From Macrostomum hystrix (lineage: Eukaryota; Animalia; Platyhelminthes), in NCBI GenBank assembly GCA_950097015.1, contig CATNEN010000029.1:4712001-4776000 (forward strand): a stretch of 64,000 nt of DNA, read 5' to 3'. The notes under the pieces are model-generated. The model saw only the letters and a program-made list of their open reading frames with translations. It did not search any database and was not told where the DNA came from. Below, piece after piece: positions 17,406 through 32,500 of the stretch (the stretch's first letter is position 1; each line of letters opens with the position of its first letter). The translations under genes were made by a program, and so were the position numbers.

Positions 17406-20400
17406 CTAGGCCTCCTGCCCTGGTGCGCCGCCCTCCCTCAGCAGAGAGTTGGCCTCGCGCAGCAGGGTGTCGGCTTTTCTTAACATTCGCCTGCTCAGTT
17501 CGAGTCGAGCGTTCGGCCCGCCGCCGGCGCCGCTGGAGGAAACTGAGCAAGCCTCCGCTTCCTCCGCCTCATTCAGAAAGGGAGTCGCTTCTTCGGACTC
17601 TTCGCGCAGCGAGTTCGAACTCACGCCGTTCGCCGACACGGCCGGGCCGTAATTTGGTCGACAAGCGACAGTGGAGCTGTTCTGACGGAGCAGCAGCAGC
17701 GACGCCGGATGCTGCTGCGGATGCGGCGGCGGAAGCGGCGGGCACGGCGACTCTCGTCGAGACGAACCGGAGGCAGCTCCGGCGACTGGGTCGTAGAGAG
17801 CCCGGTAGCTGCCACCGCCAGCTTCGGAGACAACCGCGGAGGAGGCGGCCACAGCTGCGATAGATCCGGGCGGTAAAGTCCTGGAGCGAGTCAGGCGACT
17901 CTTCGAAGACGAGCCATGCTGAAGCTCCTCGTACTGGCTGTCGCGAGTGGCGCTTGACGCTCTGCCACCAGCTGCAACTGCGACATCGTCCTCAGGCACC
18001 TGGACGGTGCTGACGCAGAGGCAGGCGCCAAGGCAGCCAGGCGGCTGCTGCTTGCGGCGTCGCAGCTCTGTTGATTTTTATGGCGGGTTGGATCAGCGAA
18101 GGGCGGAGACTCAGTGTTTTATGGGTGAGGATGAAGCTTCTGAATGAGCGGAGGATGAAGCTTCTGAATGAGCGGAGGATGAAGCTTCTGAATGAGCGGA
18201 GGATGAAGCTTCTGAATGAGCGGAGGATGAAGCTTCTGAATGAGCGGAGGATGAAGCTTCTGAATGAGCGGAGGATGCAGCCTCTGAATGAGCGGAGGAT
18301 GCAGCCTCTGAATGAGCGGAGGATGAAGCTTCTGAATGAGCGGAGGATGAAGCTTCTGAATGAGCGGAGGATGCAGCCTCTGAATGAGCGGAGGATGAAG
18401 CTTCTGAATGAGCGGAGGATGAAGCTTCTGAATGAGCGGAGGATGCAGCCTCTGAATGAGCGGAGGATGAAGCTTCTGAATGAGCGGAGGATGCAGCCTC
18501 TGAATGAGCGGAGGATGAAGCTTCTGAATGAGCGGAGGATGCAGCCTCTGAATGAGCGGAGGATGAAGCATCTGAAATTCTCAGGGTATGAGGGTTCCAG
18601 GACAACTAGTAGTTTAGCTCTATTAGTAGTCCTTGCGAAGCTTCCGAATGTACTGCCGATGCTAAGGGACTGAGTGATATCTGAGAACATTGTGGAACTG
18701 TCGAGCGAACCCACAGTGCTTCGTCCATCAAGATGTGGGATAAAACTTGACGATGTGCAGGATTGAAGATCCCTCGTGTAGATTTTTGGGATGTGGGATT
18801 TGGGCCTCGGTTTAACAGGTGATCGTTTTCAAAATCGTCACTGTTATGAGCCCGTTTGATGATCTTTTTATAATCTGCTATAAGGGATCATTTCATATCT
18901 TCATGGATGGGTTAACCAAAAATCCGTATTTGATTATTCCTCATGAAAAGGCAAGCCGAATTTAATGCCTCCCTAGACTTCCTGAAATCATTCATTGCTG
19001 GATCTGGAATGCATCGTCGGCTTTTTCGCATCAGATTTTTTTAACAACCCTCCGGCCATTCAACTACGGTGGGGTTAGGAAGCAGAACCCGGTGGACCAT
19101 CATACCCCCATTGCTTTCACGCTGCTCCGGTAGGGAACAATAGCACACACACAGCCACAACAGCGTTACGCAATCCGGCCCTCGGGGTTGCCACCCGATC
19201 CCCTGCTCCTCTTCGTTCGCCATTCCCCAATCCCCGTGGTTTCCTTTGATCCCACGAAGCCGAGCCATGTGGAAGTGACGGAGTAGAGTGACATGGGCCG
19301 GTTGGGATCTAGCATAATGTTTTAACCTATGTTGGATAATTTCTCTGCATGATCGGTCTATTACCAATTTAGGGAAGTTTTTAACCTGTTCAAATTATGC
19401 ATCTACCCTAGAGACTTCGGGTTGGTGGGGCTGACAGATCTTTGAAAGTTTGATTGACAGTTTCTTGTCAGTGGGATGTCAGTTTAGAATAGCTCCCTTA
19501 GTTGGCGTGCAGGTGTGTATAAGTTCACGATTTCACTAAACTTTTGGAACTGTTCTAGGATGAAATAGTTTGGAAATGCCGTTTTTATTGGCAGGAAAAC
19601 TTTAAATACGAATGGGATAGATCGAGGTTGGTATAGATTAGAGATGGGATGGATTCAGGATGGGATAGATCCAGGATGGAATAGATCGAGGATGGGAATA
19701 GATCGAGGTTGGGATAGATCGATGATGGGATAGATCTAGGATGGGATGGACCCAGGATGGGATAGATCGAGGATGGGAATAGATCGAGGTTGGGATAGAT
19801 CGACCATGGGATAGATCTAGGATGGGATAGATTAGGGATGGGATGGATCGATGATGGGAATAGATCGAGGTTGGGATAGATCGAGGATGGGATAGATCGA
19901 GGTTGGGAATAGATCAAGGTTGGGAATAGATCGAGGATGAGAATAGATCGAGGATGGGATAGATTAGGGATGTGATAGATCGAGCATGGGATAGATTAGG
20001 GATGGGATAGATCGAGGATGGGATGGATAGATTAGGGATGGGATAGATCGAGGATGGGAATAGATCAAGGTTGGGAATAGATCGAGGATGAGAATAGATC
20101 GAGGATGGGATAGATTAGGGATGTGATAGATCGAGGATGGGATAGATTTTGGATGGGATAGATCGAGCATGGGATAGATTAGGGATGGGATAGATCGGGG
20201 ATGGGATAGATCGGGGATGGGATAGATTAAGGATGGGATAGATCGGGGTTTGGATCAATCGAGGATGGGATAGATTTTGGATGGGATAGATCGAGCATGG
20301 GATAGATTCGGGATGGGATAGATCAGGGATGGGATAGATCAGGAATGGGATAGATCAGGGATGGGATAGATCAGGGGTGGGATAGATCAGGGATGGGATA

Positions 20401-23400
20401 GATTAGAGATGGGATAGATTGGGGGTGGGATAGATCGAGGATGGAATAGATTAGGGATGAGATAGATCGGGGAATATACAAACGTAGGAGTTTTATTTCA
20501 CAGACTATTCAGTTTCGGAATTCGGAAAGCATGCAACATTTGATAAATTGCCTTGTCTTCAACAAAGCTAATTTCAGATTGGAGTGTCCTCAACCTAAAA
20601 TCCCAATCCAGGTCTTGACCTGTTCGGGTCACAAGCGAATCTGACAAGAAAGTAACAAGGAAACGATCCTTAGAGATTTAGCGAAAATACACAGAATTAA
20701 ATTCGTGATTGAAAGCAGCAGATTAAAGCTAAAAGGCAAAAAGGATTAACGATCGACTTAAAGCTAATCTAGTATATCCTAGCCGAGTTAATTAACCTAG
20801 CAAGCATTCCCTTGTTGTGGCACGGGACCGCGCGACCCCAAGAAGGTTCTCACAATGCCCAGTGACCCCGTAAATATGACCAATTAGCCTGATCACTTTT
20901 TTTGCCAATTATAATTCTCTCAGAGTTTCCAGCCCTGAAAAGTACAATCAGAAAGTGTCAATAGGCAAGGATCATGGATTGCAAAGCGGGTTCAGTTCTG
21001 TCAAAGCTTTTACTGTATTTGGGTGTGGCCAGGGCTGCATTATAGTTGGAGCGAAACACGATGACGAGAACCAGGTGTCCCAGTTTGAGTCCAGGTCGAT
21101 TATCAGTTGCTAGGGCATTGCGTCTGTCCCTTTTGACCGCCCTAGCCGCCCAGGTTACTCATGAGTGACGATCGTGACTGACAGCATGCGATAGTTATAA
21201 CAATTTCATAAAATAACTCTTAGCCTACGAAATCAGCTTTGTCACGTAATGATAGGAAATATTTTACCTTTGCCGCTTAAGGCTGGTGAGAGAGATAATT
21301 GACAACTCGAAATTTTGGATTCGGGCAGATGGGGAGTATTTTAATTAATCAGACCAAAAACCTACCCCAGCGTGTTTTGCTTCGGTTGCCAGGCGACCCA
21401 CCTCGACTGAAGAGGGACTCAAGCTCTCATTGGGCGAGTGAGGAAGACAAAACTGGGAAAAAACTGGTGGAAAGCAAGTTCCCCAGACATCCGTTTAGAG
21501 AGCTGGGAACACAGCATTTTGCAAGGTAGGTGAGAATACGTGCCAGCAATTAAATGATTGATGGCAAAATCTGTGCAATTTTTAATAGTCTACTCTCAGT
21601 GTGAGTACGAAAGTTCTGTGAATCAGGATTTTCGGAGAATCTGTATTATTGGTGAGTCAGGATTTTCGGAGAATCTGTATTATTGGTGAGTCAGGATTTT
21701 CGGAGAATCTGTATTATTGGTGAGTCAGGATTTTCGGTGAATCTGTATTATTGGTGAGTCAGGATTTTCGGTGAATCTGTATTATTGGTGAGTCAGGATT
21801 TTCGGTAAATCTGTATTGTTGGGGAGTCAGGATTTTCGGAGAATCTGTATTATTGGTGAGTCAGGATTTTCGGTGAATCTGTATTGTTGGGGAGTCAGGA
21901 TTTTCGGAGAATCTGTATTATTGGTGAGTCAGGATTTTCGGTGAATCTATATTATTCGTGAGTCAGGATGTTCGCGTCTTAAGGATTTTAACGAATTCTG
22001 GATTTCACCGAGTCGGGACCCGTCAAATTCTCGATGCACCTGAACGCACTGACCTACGGAGGGCGTACACAAGAAAAGAAGGCATTGAAATATGATGAAA
22101 CAAAAAGCTACAGAAATGTGAATAATGCATAGCTCTTGACTCACCTATGTAATGCCTGGCTAGGATGCAGCGAATGCAGAAGCCGATATTCACAGCCAGT
22201 GACACGCCCAGCACCGTCAGGACTCCGATGACGTAATCAGGCTTGGCAAAGCGGAGCACTGCAGGGAGGCGGTGGGGTGGGTGGCATGGCGATGAGGCTG
22301 TGCTGTTGAGCTACAAAAAACTGGAGGCAGGTTCTGAGCATAATCTTGCAAAGCAAATATTTGCACATTTTTCTTCTGCTTTTAGACAGGATTTTTCTTC
22401 AAACGAATAGTTAAAGATCCAATGAAAACTGGCGTCTCACGCTGTGCTCAACAAGACTGAAATTTGCCAATTTTGAGCAGTAACTACTCAGCCTGGCACC
22501 TTGAGTGTTGCGCTTGGCTTGTCAGTGGACTCAAAGAGTTCTCAGTTAATGGAGTGACTAAGCAAGCAAGACTGGCGCATGATAATATTGTTATATAGCC
22601 AGTGGAGTATTGAGTAGTGAAATTAACAAAATTACAAATGGTAACTTCGGCTGAGCATTTCACTCAGACAAGTTTAAAGACTATTGTTAACAACAGAGAC
22701 CCATAGTACTATAGTAACCCATTGCATACTGCATCTCCAGCACGTATCTAGAATTTTTTATTTTAGCTATAAATACTGCCCACACTGATTATCGATCTGA
22801 TTGTCTAGTATTCGATATACTAATATAGTAATCGATATATTGATCTAGTAATCGATATATTGATATAGTAATCGATATATTGATATAGTAATCGATATAT
22901 TGATATAGTAATCGATATATTGATATAGTAATCGATATATTGATCTAGTAATCGATATATTGATATAGTAATCGATATATTGATCTAGTAATCGATATAT
23001 TGATATAGTAATCGATATATTGATATAGTAATCGATATATTGATATAGTAATCGATATATTGATCTAGTAATCGATATATTGATCTAGTAATCGATATAT
23101 TGATATAGTAATCGATATTTTGATCTAGTAATCGATATTTTGATCTAGTAATCGATATTTTGATCTAGTAATCGATATATTGATATAGTAGTCGATATAT
23201 TAATATAGTAGTCGTTATTTCGATCTAGTAACCAATATATTGATCTAGTAACCGATATATTGATCTAGTAACCGATATATTGATCTAGTAACCGATATAT
23301 TGATCTAGTAACCGATATATTAATCTAGTTATCGTTATTTCGATCTAGTAACCGATATATTGATCTAGTAACCGATTTGTTGATCTAGTTACCGATATAT

Positions 23401-26400
23401 TGATCTTATTGATCTAGTAACCGATTTATTGATCTAGTAACCGATTTGTTGATCTAGTAACCGATTTGTTGATCTAGTAACCGATTTGTTGATCTAGTAA
23501 CCGATTTGTTGATCTAGTAACCGATTTGTTGATCTAGTAACCGATTTGTTGATCTAGTAACCGATTTGTTGATCTAGTAACCGATTTGTTGATCTAGTAA
23601 ACGATATATTGATATAGTAACCGATTTTTTCATCTAGTAACCGATTTATTGATCTAGTAACCGATTTTTTCATCTAGTAACCGATTTATTGATCTAGTAA
23701 CCGATTTATTGATCTAGTAACCGATTTGTTGATCTAGTAACCGATTTATTGATCTAGTAACCGATTTGTTGATCTAGTAACCGATTTGTTGATCTAGTAA
23801 CCGATTTGTTGATCTAGTAACCGATTTGTTGATCTAGTAACCGATTTGTTGATCTAGTAAACGATATATTGATATAGTAACCGATTTTTTCATATAGTAA
23901 CCGATTTATTGATCTAGCAATCGATATATTAACCTAGTAATCGATATTTTGATATGATAACGTCTATATTGATCTAGTAGTTAACGTGATGGTCTAATAA
24001 TTGATATATTGATGTAGTAATTTATCTGATCATAAAATAGTGGATCTGTTCTTTGTTTTTTTGCAAGCATTCTTGCTTCTAGCACTAGTGTCATATTCCA
24101 ATGTTTATCTCGACAAGCTATTAATGTGAGCAGTGCCGGTCAGAGCATGGATACTCAAAAGAGCTCACAGTTATTATCTCGTTCAGCAATGTCATCAGCA
24201 GCCGGCTGCACTCCCAGCCATCCGTTCTGGCCGAAGCGTTCAGGTGCAGCGCGGGTTGTAGCCACATTCATGACCGTTGGACTGCCATTGCCTGATGGAA
24301 TAAAAGCATGGGGATTTCAAGGTAAATCCGTTAAAAAAATAACATGATTATTCTAACTCGTTAGAAATGCCGCAACAGAAATTTTCCGGTACAATTGTAA
24401 GATTAATAGGGATTTTAGCCCAGTGATTTGAGCGTCGGAATCGCGACTTGAAGTACGGGGGTTCGATTCCCGATTCCACTGGAACAATCTGTGTCCTTTA
24501 GCAATACAATTAACTCTGCATTACTCCACACACCTTAGTTGACTAATTTTTAACCAATAATCCGGTTGTGAATTGCAGTGCTACAGGCGCTTGCTAGTCA
24601 CTGTACTAGTTTCCGCTGAACTATTGAAGCTGGCTTCCTGTCTACTGAAGAACCTCTGCATCCTGTCTTGATAATTATTGAAAAGAAGTTACCGTACAAT
24701 AGCAAAATACTTGCCAATTAGATTTCATACTAGCAGTACCAGACTGTCAGACACAACTAACTGCTTTATGAGGCTAAAATTAAATTAATTTCAATAATAT
24801 TTTCCACACTAACGCGGGAATACCACAGTTAAACCTAACACCTGTGTGCGGTCGGTACCACGGCAACCGTCTTTAGGTTGAAAGCGAAATGCAGCCAATA
24901 GATTAACCTGTCTCTATCACTTTCTGGTGTCTATTCATTTATTCGTAGGTAAGCGAGAAATGTCTATTGGGCGAGGGCCATAATGCAATACCTGCGGGCA
25001 CAGACACGCGCGCAGGTGAGCACTTATTTTATAACTCATTAAACCCCTGTCTAAATGGCTCAGAAAAAAAACACATTTCACTTTATAGCCAGCCTGCATG
25101 AGTTTAGTCATGAACTCACCTCTCTATGCAACCCCCCCCTAAGCAGCTGAATTGAATTCTCATTGCCATCATTTAAGAGCTTAAGTGAAAAAAACTTATA
25201 ATACCAAGCTTAGATAGAAGAATGCTTGTGAAGTGGGCCTACTAAGCTAGCTGAGCACTTTCGCTACAATTCGAGCTTCAACTGGTTAGAATATAATTAA
25301 ACATTTTTGTGCCTTAAAAACTGATTTACTCACGAGTAAGTATATCATTTTTTTATATATTCTGCCATTCTTGGTAACGCAAAAAAAAATTAATTTTGAA
25401 CTCCACACTTCCTGACATTATGGATTTCAGGCCGAAGCAATACCATTTGGAAACTTATTGTGGCTTATTGTAAAAACCTACGAGCGGAAAGGAGCCTACA
25501 AAAACCAGCGAGTTCCATACGGAAACCACCAGAATTCCCTACGGAGACCACACGAGTTCCATACGGAAACCACACGAGTTCCATACGGAAACCACACGAG
25601 TTCCATACTGAAACCACACGAGTTCCATACGGAAACCATCCGAGTTCCATACGGAAACCATTCGAGTTCCATACTGAAACCACACGAGTTCCATACGGAA
25701 ACCACCAGAATTCCCTACGGAGACCACACGAGCTCCATACGGAAACCACACGAGTTCCATACGGAGACCACACGAGTTCCCTACGGAAACCACACGAGAT
25801 CCATACGGAAACCACCAGAATTCCCTACGGAGACCACACGAGCTCCATACGGAAACCACCAGAATTCCCTACGGAGACCACACGAGCTCCATACGAAAAC
25901 CACCAGAATTCCATACGGAGACCACACGAGCTCCATACGGAAACCACACGAGTTCTATCTGGAAACCACACGAGTTCTATCTGGAAACCACACGAGTTCT
26001 ATCTGGAAACCACACGAGTTCTATCTGGAAACCACACGAGTTCTATCTGGAAACCATACGAGTTCTATCTGGAAACCATACGAGTTCTATCTGGAAACCT
26101 TCTCTGGCGCCAGCCACCTCCGTTCCAGAGGTGATTTCGGCTGCGGCATCGACGCCACCAACAATGCGGTCAGCCGCTGTTGTCTCCGCCAGCTGGATCG
26201 AGGTCGGCGGCGGCGGCTGCGGCGTCGTGACAACCAGGTACTGCCCGAAGGCTGCCGTGGCGCTGACCGCGCCGCGGAATTTGCAGTACCAGGCCCCAGC
26301 CAGCGCAGCCTGCCGGGTGTCAATGACCAGCCGGATCGTCTTGGAGCTTGGCGGATTCAGCAGCTTCTGGCAGCTGACGCTGTCGCTATTCAGCAGTGGG

Positions 26401-29400
26401 TGCATCACATGACAGTAGCCGTCGCGGAAGGCGCAGAGCGGGCTGCAGTCGCCGAAGCAGGCGACATCTCCACCCAGCACTGGACAGTGGAATTGGATTT
26501 TATGATCGTCGGCATCGCCAGGAATGCCCGACACCTCGCAGCTCAGGCTGATGAGGTAGCCGGTGACGTTGACTCGCATCCGGACATCGATGCCGCCGCC
26601 ACTGTCTGACAATGTCAGGCCTTCGGACACTGAAAAATGGAATTTTGTTATTTTGTTGTCGATTCTAATTTCTATTTTCGGTCTTATTTGAAAAAATCGG
26701 GAGTTCCATACGGAAGCCACCCGAGTTCCATACGGAAACCATCAGAGTTCCATACGGAAACCATCCGAGTTCCATACGGAAACCATCCGAGTTCCATACG
26801 GAAACCATTCGAGTTCCATACGGAAACCATTCGAGTTCCATACGGAAACCATCCGAGTTCCATACGGAAACCACCCGAGTTCCATACGGAAACCATCCGA
26901 GTTCCTTACGGAACCATCCGAGTTCCATACGGAAACCATCCGAGTTCCATACGGAAACCATCCGAGTTCCATACGGAAACCACCCGAGTTCCATACGGAA
27001 ACCACCCGAGTTCCATACGGAAACCATCCGAGTTCCATACGGAAACCATCCGAGTTCCATACGGAAACCATATTGTGTCCTTGAGCAAGACAGTTAATTG
27101 TTGAGTCCGATCAGTTGGCTTAGAAATTAGTCCATGGACTTAACAGCCGCAAGCAACTTTATGTTGCCTTGCGCAACATTTCTATTCTGCATTTTTTTCT
27201 TTTGTAGTTTTTGTTATAATTTTTTTAGTCTGGGAAGTCACTTTCTTAGAAAAACTATTTACCTATTTCGAAAATTGATTTTATTGAAGATTGATTCATT
27301 ATGTCTTATAAAATCTATTAAAGAGAATAAAAATGAAACCATCCATCTTTTCCATACATTATTTCCTGCTTGGCACATGTGACTTCCAGGAAGTCCATCC
27401 AACAATGAGTCATGCATAATTGCAGGAAATAATTTAATAGACTCAAACTTTGGACTCAAACAAAGAAATCTCTTCGTTTCTTTTAGAATCATTTTGTGGC
27501 ACAGGAAAAATAATAGTCGCTTAGTAACAACACTATGGGAAGCTACGGGTGGCTATGGAAGATTTCTTCAACCGATTGGAAAAACTGACGAGGCGACAAA
27601 TTTCATTAGCGGCGTCGGCATCGGTTGCTAAGGTGGAGTTTGAGCACATGAATGCGTGCTCAATATTTACTCCCTATGATATTTTATTGGATTCTATTGT
27701 AGAATTACTCTTGTGTTTTTTAATAAGATTTTTGTCTATGAATAATGTCATAAACATAAAATAGACATAAAATAATGTCTATGAACAAGCTAAATAAAAA
27801 AGCACCTTAATAAACAGTCCGAGCTGTTCTTCTATGAAAAAGTTTCACAACGTGTTTAAACTTAGGTGATTCACACCTCTACGCTCGTATGTGCTTGCCT
27901 ATCGTATAAAAACTGTATTGTATAGGCAGGTAATAAACTGTTTTATTACAAGCTAGACCAGAGTTGCACAGCTGAATCAGCGCATTGTGCCCGATGACTG
28001 TCCGACATGGCGTGGGATCTCACCGCGACTGCCTGCTGTGACCACTGAGGTAGGAGGTGAGTGTGCTTAGGGAATTCTGGGAAGCTAATGACTCCTGCAC
28101 TCACTGACTCTACCTGTACCCATATCTGACTCTATACCTGTCCCTTAACTGACTCTATACCTGTACCCTTAACTGACTCTATACCTGTCCCTTTACTGAC
28201 TCTATACCTGTCCCTTAACTGACTCTATACCTGTCCCTTTACTGACTCTATACCTGTCCCTTTACTGACTCTATACCTGTACCCTTATCTGACTCTATAC
28301 CTGTACCCATATCTGACTCTATACCTGTACCCTTATCTGACTCTATACCTGTACCCTTATCTGACTCTATACCTGTCCCTTATCTGACTCTATACCTGTA
28401 CCCTTATCTGACTCTATACCTGTACCCTTATCTGACTCTATACCTGTACCCTTATCTGACTCTATACCTGTACCCTTATCTGACTCTATACCTGTCCCTT
28501 TACTGACTCTATACCTGTCCCTTTACTGACTCTATACCTGTCCCTTTACTGACTCTATACCTGTCCCTTTACTGACTCTATACCTGTCCCTTTACTGACT
28601 CTATACCTGTCCCTTTACTGACTCTATACCTGTACCCTTATCTGACTCTATACCTGTCCCTTTACTGACTCTATACCTGTCCCTTTACTGACTCTATACC
28701 TGTCCCTTTACTGACTCTATACCTGTCCCTTTACTGACTCTATACCTGTCCCTTTACTGACTCTATACCTGTCCCTTTACTGACTCTATACCTGTCCCTT
28801 TACTGACTCTATACCTGTACCCTTATCTGACTCTATACCTGTCCCTTTACTGACTCTATACCTGTCCCTTTACTGACTCTATACCTGTCCCTTTACTGAC
28901 TCTATACCTGTCCCTTTACTGACTCTATACCTGTCCCTTTACTGACTCTATACCTGTCCCTTTACTGACTCTATACCTGTACCCTTAACTGACTCCACGA
29001 TTAGCTAAGAAAGTAAATTCGGGTAGGTGTGACGGCCACAAGTCCGCGGACTGAACAGATGTACACAGCTTTTAGAAGCGCAAGGCAATCGCTACGGCTG
29101 TGCCACCATGCGAATCAATAAAGTTTTTAGTTTTAGTAAAAATTATTTCCTCCTTGAGTTTTGGAACAGAAATGCCCCTGATTGACCACTAAGGGTTTAG
29201 TATGGTAATCTAGTTCGTAGCTCGTAGCAATCGCTTTCTTGGGCAGTGACGAATTTTCAGGCAAAAAAGGCATTTAAAAAATTATAAACTTTTAAAGTGG
29301 TTTTAAAATTAATCGGGCAAAATTAAACACTTTGGCCTTGGCTACTAAATTAATACTGATAGTATAAAATAGTGATGACCGATTTTCATCTTTGGTCTTT

Positions 29401-29462
29401 CGTTACAGTCTGCTACAGGCGGCAAAGCTCTGAACTCAGCTTTATAGGTTGAGTAACTGGCT

Positions 29463-29508
<46 letters not shown>

Positions 29509-32500
29509 GAGTCACCTGGGTAGCTATAGCTATAAACTAAGCTAAACTAATGCTTTATTTATTATAATAAGCCATTTCTTAAGAACCACTGCCTCCAACT
29601 AAACCTCAAAAAACTCTTTGGAGGCTAATTATGCAGAAAAGGAAGCAAGAGTCGGGTTCCACTTTTGCTTTTTTCAGTCGCTGATGCTTAGTCAACTCAC
29701 TCAGCAGGGCATGCTGCTCTAAAAGATAATGTAAAGAAAAAGAAAAAAGGTGAGACCGCAGGTTTCCATGTGGCTTTTAGGAGTACTAAAATTTAAATTT
29801 GTGCTGCAAACCGGTGAGAGTCATAACTGATTGGTAATGTCTGATGGGTAACAACTGATGGGTATATTAATAATAATAATTGCAGGAGGGCAGCGGGCAA
29901 TGGCACACCATTTGGTGACACTAGACCCGCAGCCAGCGAGGAGGCAATTCTGCCCATTTCGCTGACTCCTGAGCACACACGCACACAGATACTTTACGCA
30001 GGCACACGCTCACACAGGTGTGTACATCTGCCCTGACTTTCTCATCTTCATGCAGTGTACATTCTCACTGTGCCTTGGAGGTTGGCCCTCAAGGCCGTAA
30101 ACTGCATGACAAGCCCCCAAGCCTTCTCTCCGCGGCTGCGCCCCAAATGAATGTGGCCGCGCCGCGGAATCGAACTCAGGGACCTTGGTGCGAGAGGCAA
30201 ACGCGTTAGAGCAGTCTGCCACTCACCCCCAACTGATGGGTAAAAAAATGGGTAATGGCTGATGGGTAATAACTGATGGGTAATAACTGATGGGTAATAA
30301 CTGATGGGTAATAGTGATGGGTAATAACTGATGGGTAATAACTGATGGGTAATAGCTGATTGGGTAATAACTGATGGGTAATAACTGATGGGTAATAACT
30401 GATGGGTAATAACTGATGGGTAATAACTGATGGGTAATAACTGATGGGTAATAACTGATGGGTAATAACTGATGGGTAATAGCTGATTGGGTAATAACTG
30501 ATGGGTAATAACTGATGGGTAATAGCTGATTGGGTAATAACTGATGGGTAATAACTGATGGGTAATAACTGATGGGTAATAACTGATGGGTAATAACTGA
30601 TGGGTAATAACTGATGGGTAATAGCTGATTGGGTAATAACTGATGGGTAATAACTGATGGGTAATAGCTGATTGGGTAATAACTGATGGGTAATAACTGA
30701 TGGGTAATAACTGATGGGTAATAACTGATGGGTAATAACTGATGGGTAATAACTGATGGGTAATAACTGATGGGTAATAACTGATGGGTAATAACTGATG
30801 GGTAATAACTGATGGGTAATAACTGATGGGTAATAACTGATGGGTAATAGCTGATTGGGTAATAACTGATGGGTAATAACTGATGGGTAATAACTGATGG
30901 GTAATAGTGATGGGTAATAGTGATGGGTAATAACTGATGGGTAATAGCTGATTGGGTAATGACTGATGGGTAATAACTGATGGGTAATAACTGATGGGTA
31001 ATAACTGATGGGTAATAACTGATGGGTAATAACTGATGGGTAATAACTGATGGGTAATAGCTGATGGGTAATAACTGATGGGTAATAACTGATGGGTAAT
31101 AACTGATGGGTAATAACTGATGGGTATTAACTGAATCAGTCATTGCACAGAGGTTCCAAGTGTTTGAAGTCTAGAGAGGTCGGACTAAATGGTTTAGTAT
31201 AAAACACTAAATATAATTTCTGGTGTTTGCTGTCTGCGCTCGAGTATAAAGAACAATGACCCGAAGCTCTAGACCCTAGTCTCTATTGCCTTGTGCGAGC
31301 TCTAGCACAAGGGCGACGAGATAGGTGAGGAAAGACGCGATAGCTCATAAGCAAAGAGTTGATAGCTAGTATTGAGGCAGATAGTAACAGAGAGAAGGCC
31401 ATAGCACTATTAGGCAGGCATATGGACGGAAAGGAAATAATTTTTTTTAAATTTTTTTGTAACCTTCTGTGGCAATCACTCCTGTTTCTTTCGCAAATCT
31501 CTTTGCTAAGGCGATAAAATATTTTTGATTGCACAATTCTCGTTTCTAAATAGCATGCTATAAAGAGCAGAAAGTAGAGATTTCACGCTAAACTGTTTGA
31601 AGTTGATCGTTTTTTCTAGATTAAAAAATACATTTTGTTTTAGTGCGCAGTGATTATAGAACTGTACCGATTACCCTCAATTACTCCTGCAGCTAATGCC
31701 GGAACCCATTTAACTGCTGAGTGAACTGAAGCAATAAATAGTTTAACTGTCTTGCTTAAAAGACGCAGGTTGCTCGAGTGGAGTCGGGAATCGAACCCCC
31801 GACCTTCAAGTCGTGAGTCCGACGTCAGAGTAATGGGCAGAATTGAATCTAACGGAGTCATCGTGATAGTAGTTATCAGCGCCAATATGAATAATGCAGA
31901 AAATATCACCGAACTACAAATATAGAATTCGTACGAGAGCTAGAGACGGAGAAAGTGGGGATTAAAGTGTTCTCCATGAAATTTCTCCCATCGTACACCT
32001 AGCTATCCAACATTCTCAGTGCCTATCTGGCCTGTCAAACTCAATCAACCAGTCCACGGGGCCCAGGTAAATAATATCCCCGAGCAGCTCAACCCTCGAG
32101 CTCAACTCAGCCTTTGTTGATAATTAATTATCTCTCGGAGTTTTGGGATATTTCTCCCAATTTTTCCAATAGCCCTCATTGTGCCTCATTCTCTATTCAG
32201 CTCGCAGCTGGCACTGCCTCAGAGACCGATTGCGTAATAACCATTTTTCATATCCCACCAGCAGACCTTCCCCACTCACTCTTTTATTGCACACTGACAA
32301 TGTCACTCTCGCCTTGGCGACAGTTGCCGCCATTGCTTGTTGAGCTAGACAAAGAATAGTGTTAGTCAGTTTGGTCACTTCAGATCCATCGGGCAAGCAA
32401 TAGTAGATTTACAACCCACTATATAGGTCACGACTGTCAAACTAAGAGAGTAAAATACACGAAAATATAATTTAGAAAGTCGTCTACCTATGGAATGCTT

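Noticed and set aside
25458-27104. Multiple long repetitive ORFs
   Set aside because: They come from the 21-nt arrays and the antisense of the Ig exon.
29461-29508. Third ATG(CTG)13 poly-Leu start
   Set aside because: It is followed immediately by CTT TAG with no donor, so it is an intronic microsatellite.
30223-31143. 306-aa PISYYPSVITHQLL repeat ORF; similar ORFs at 2603-3194, 18071-18714, 33139-33866, 39031-39684, 42712-43357 and 55578-57037
   Set aside because: All are stop-free frames of simple or minisatellite repeats.
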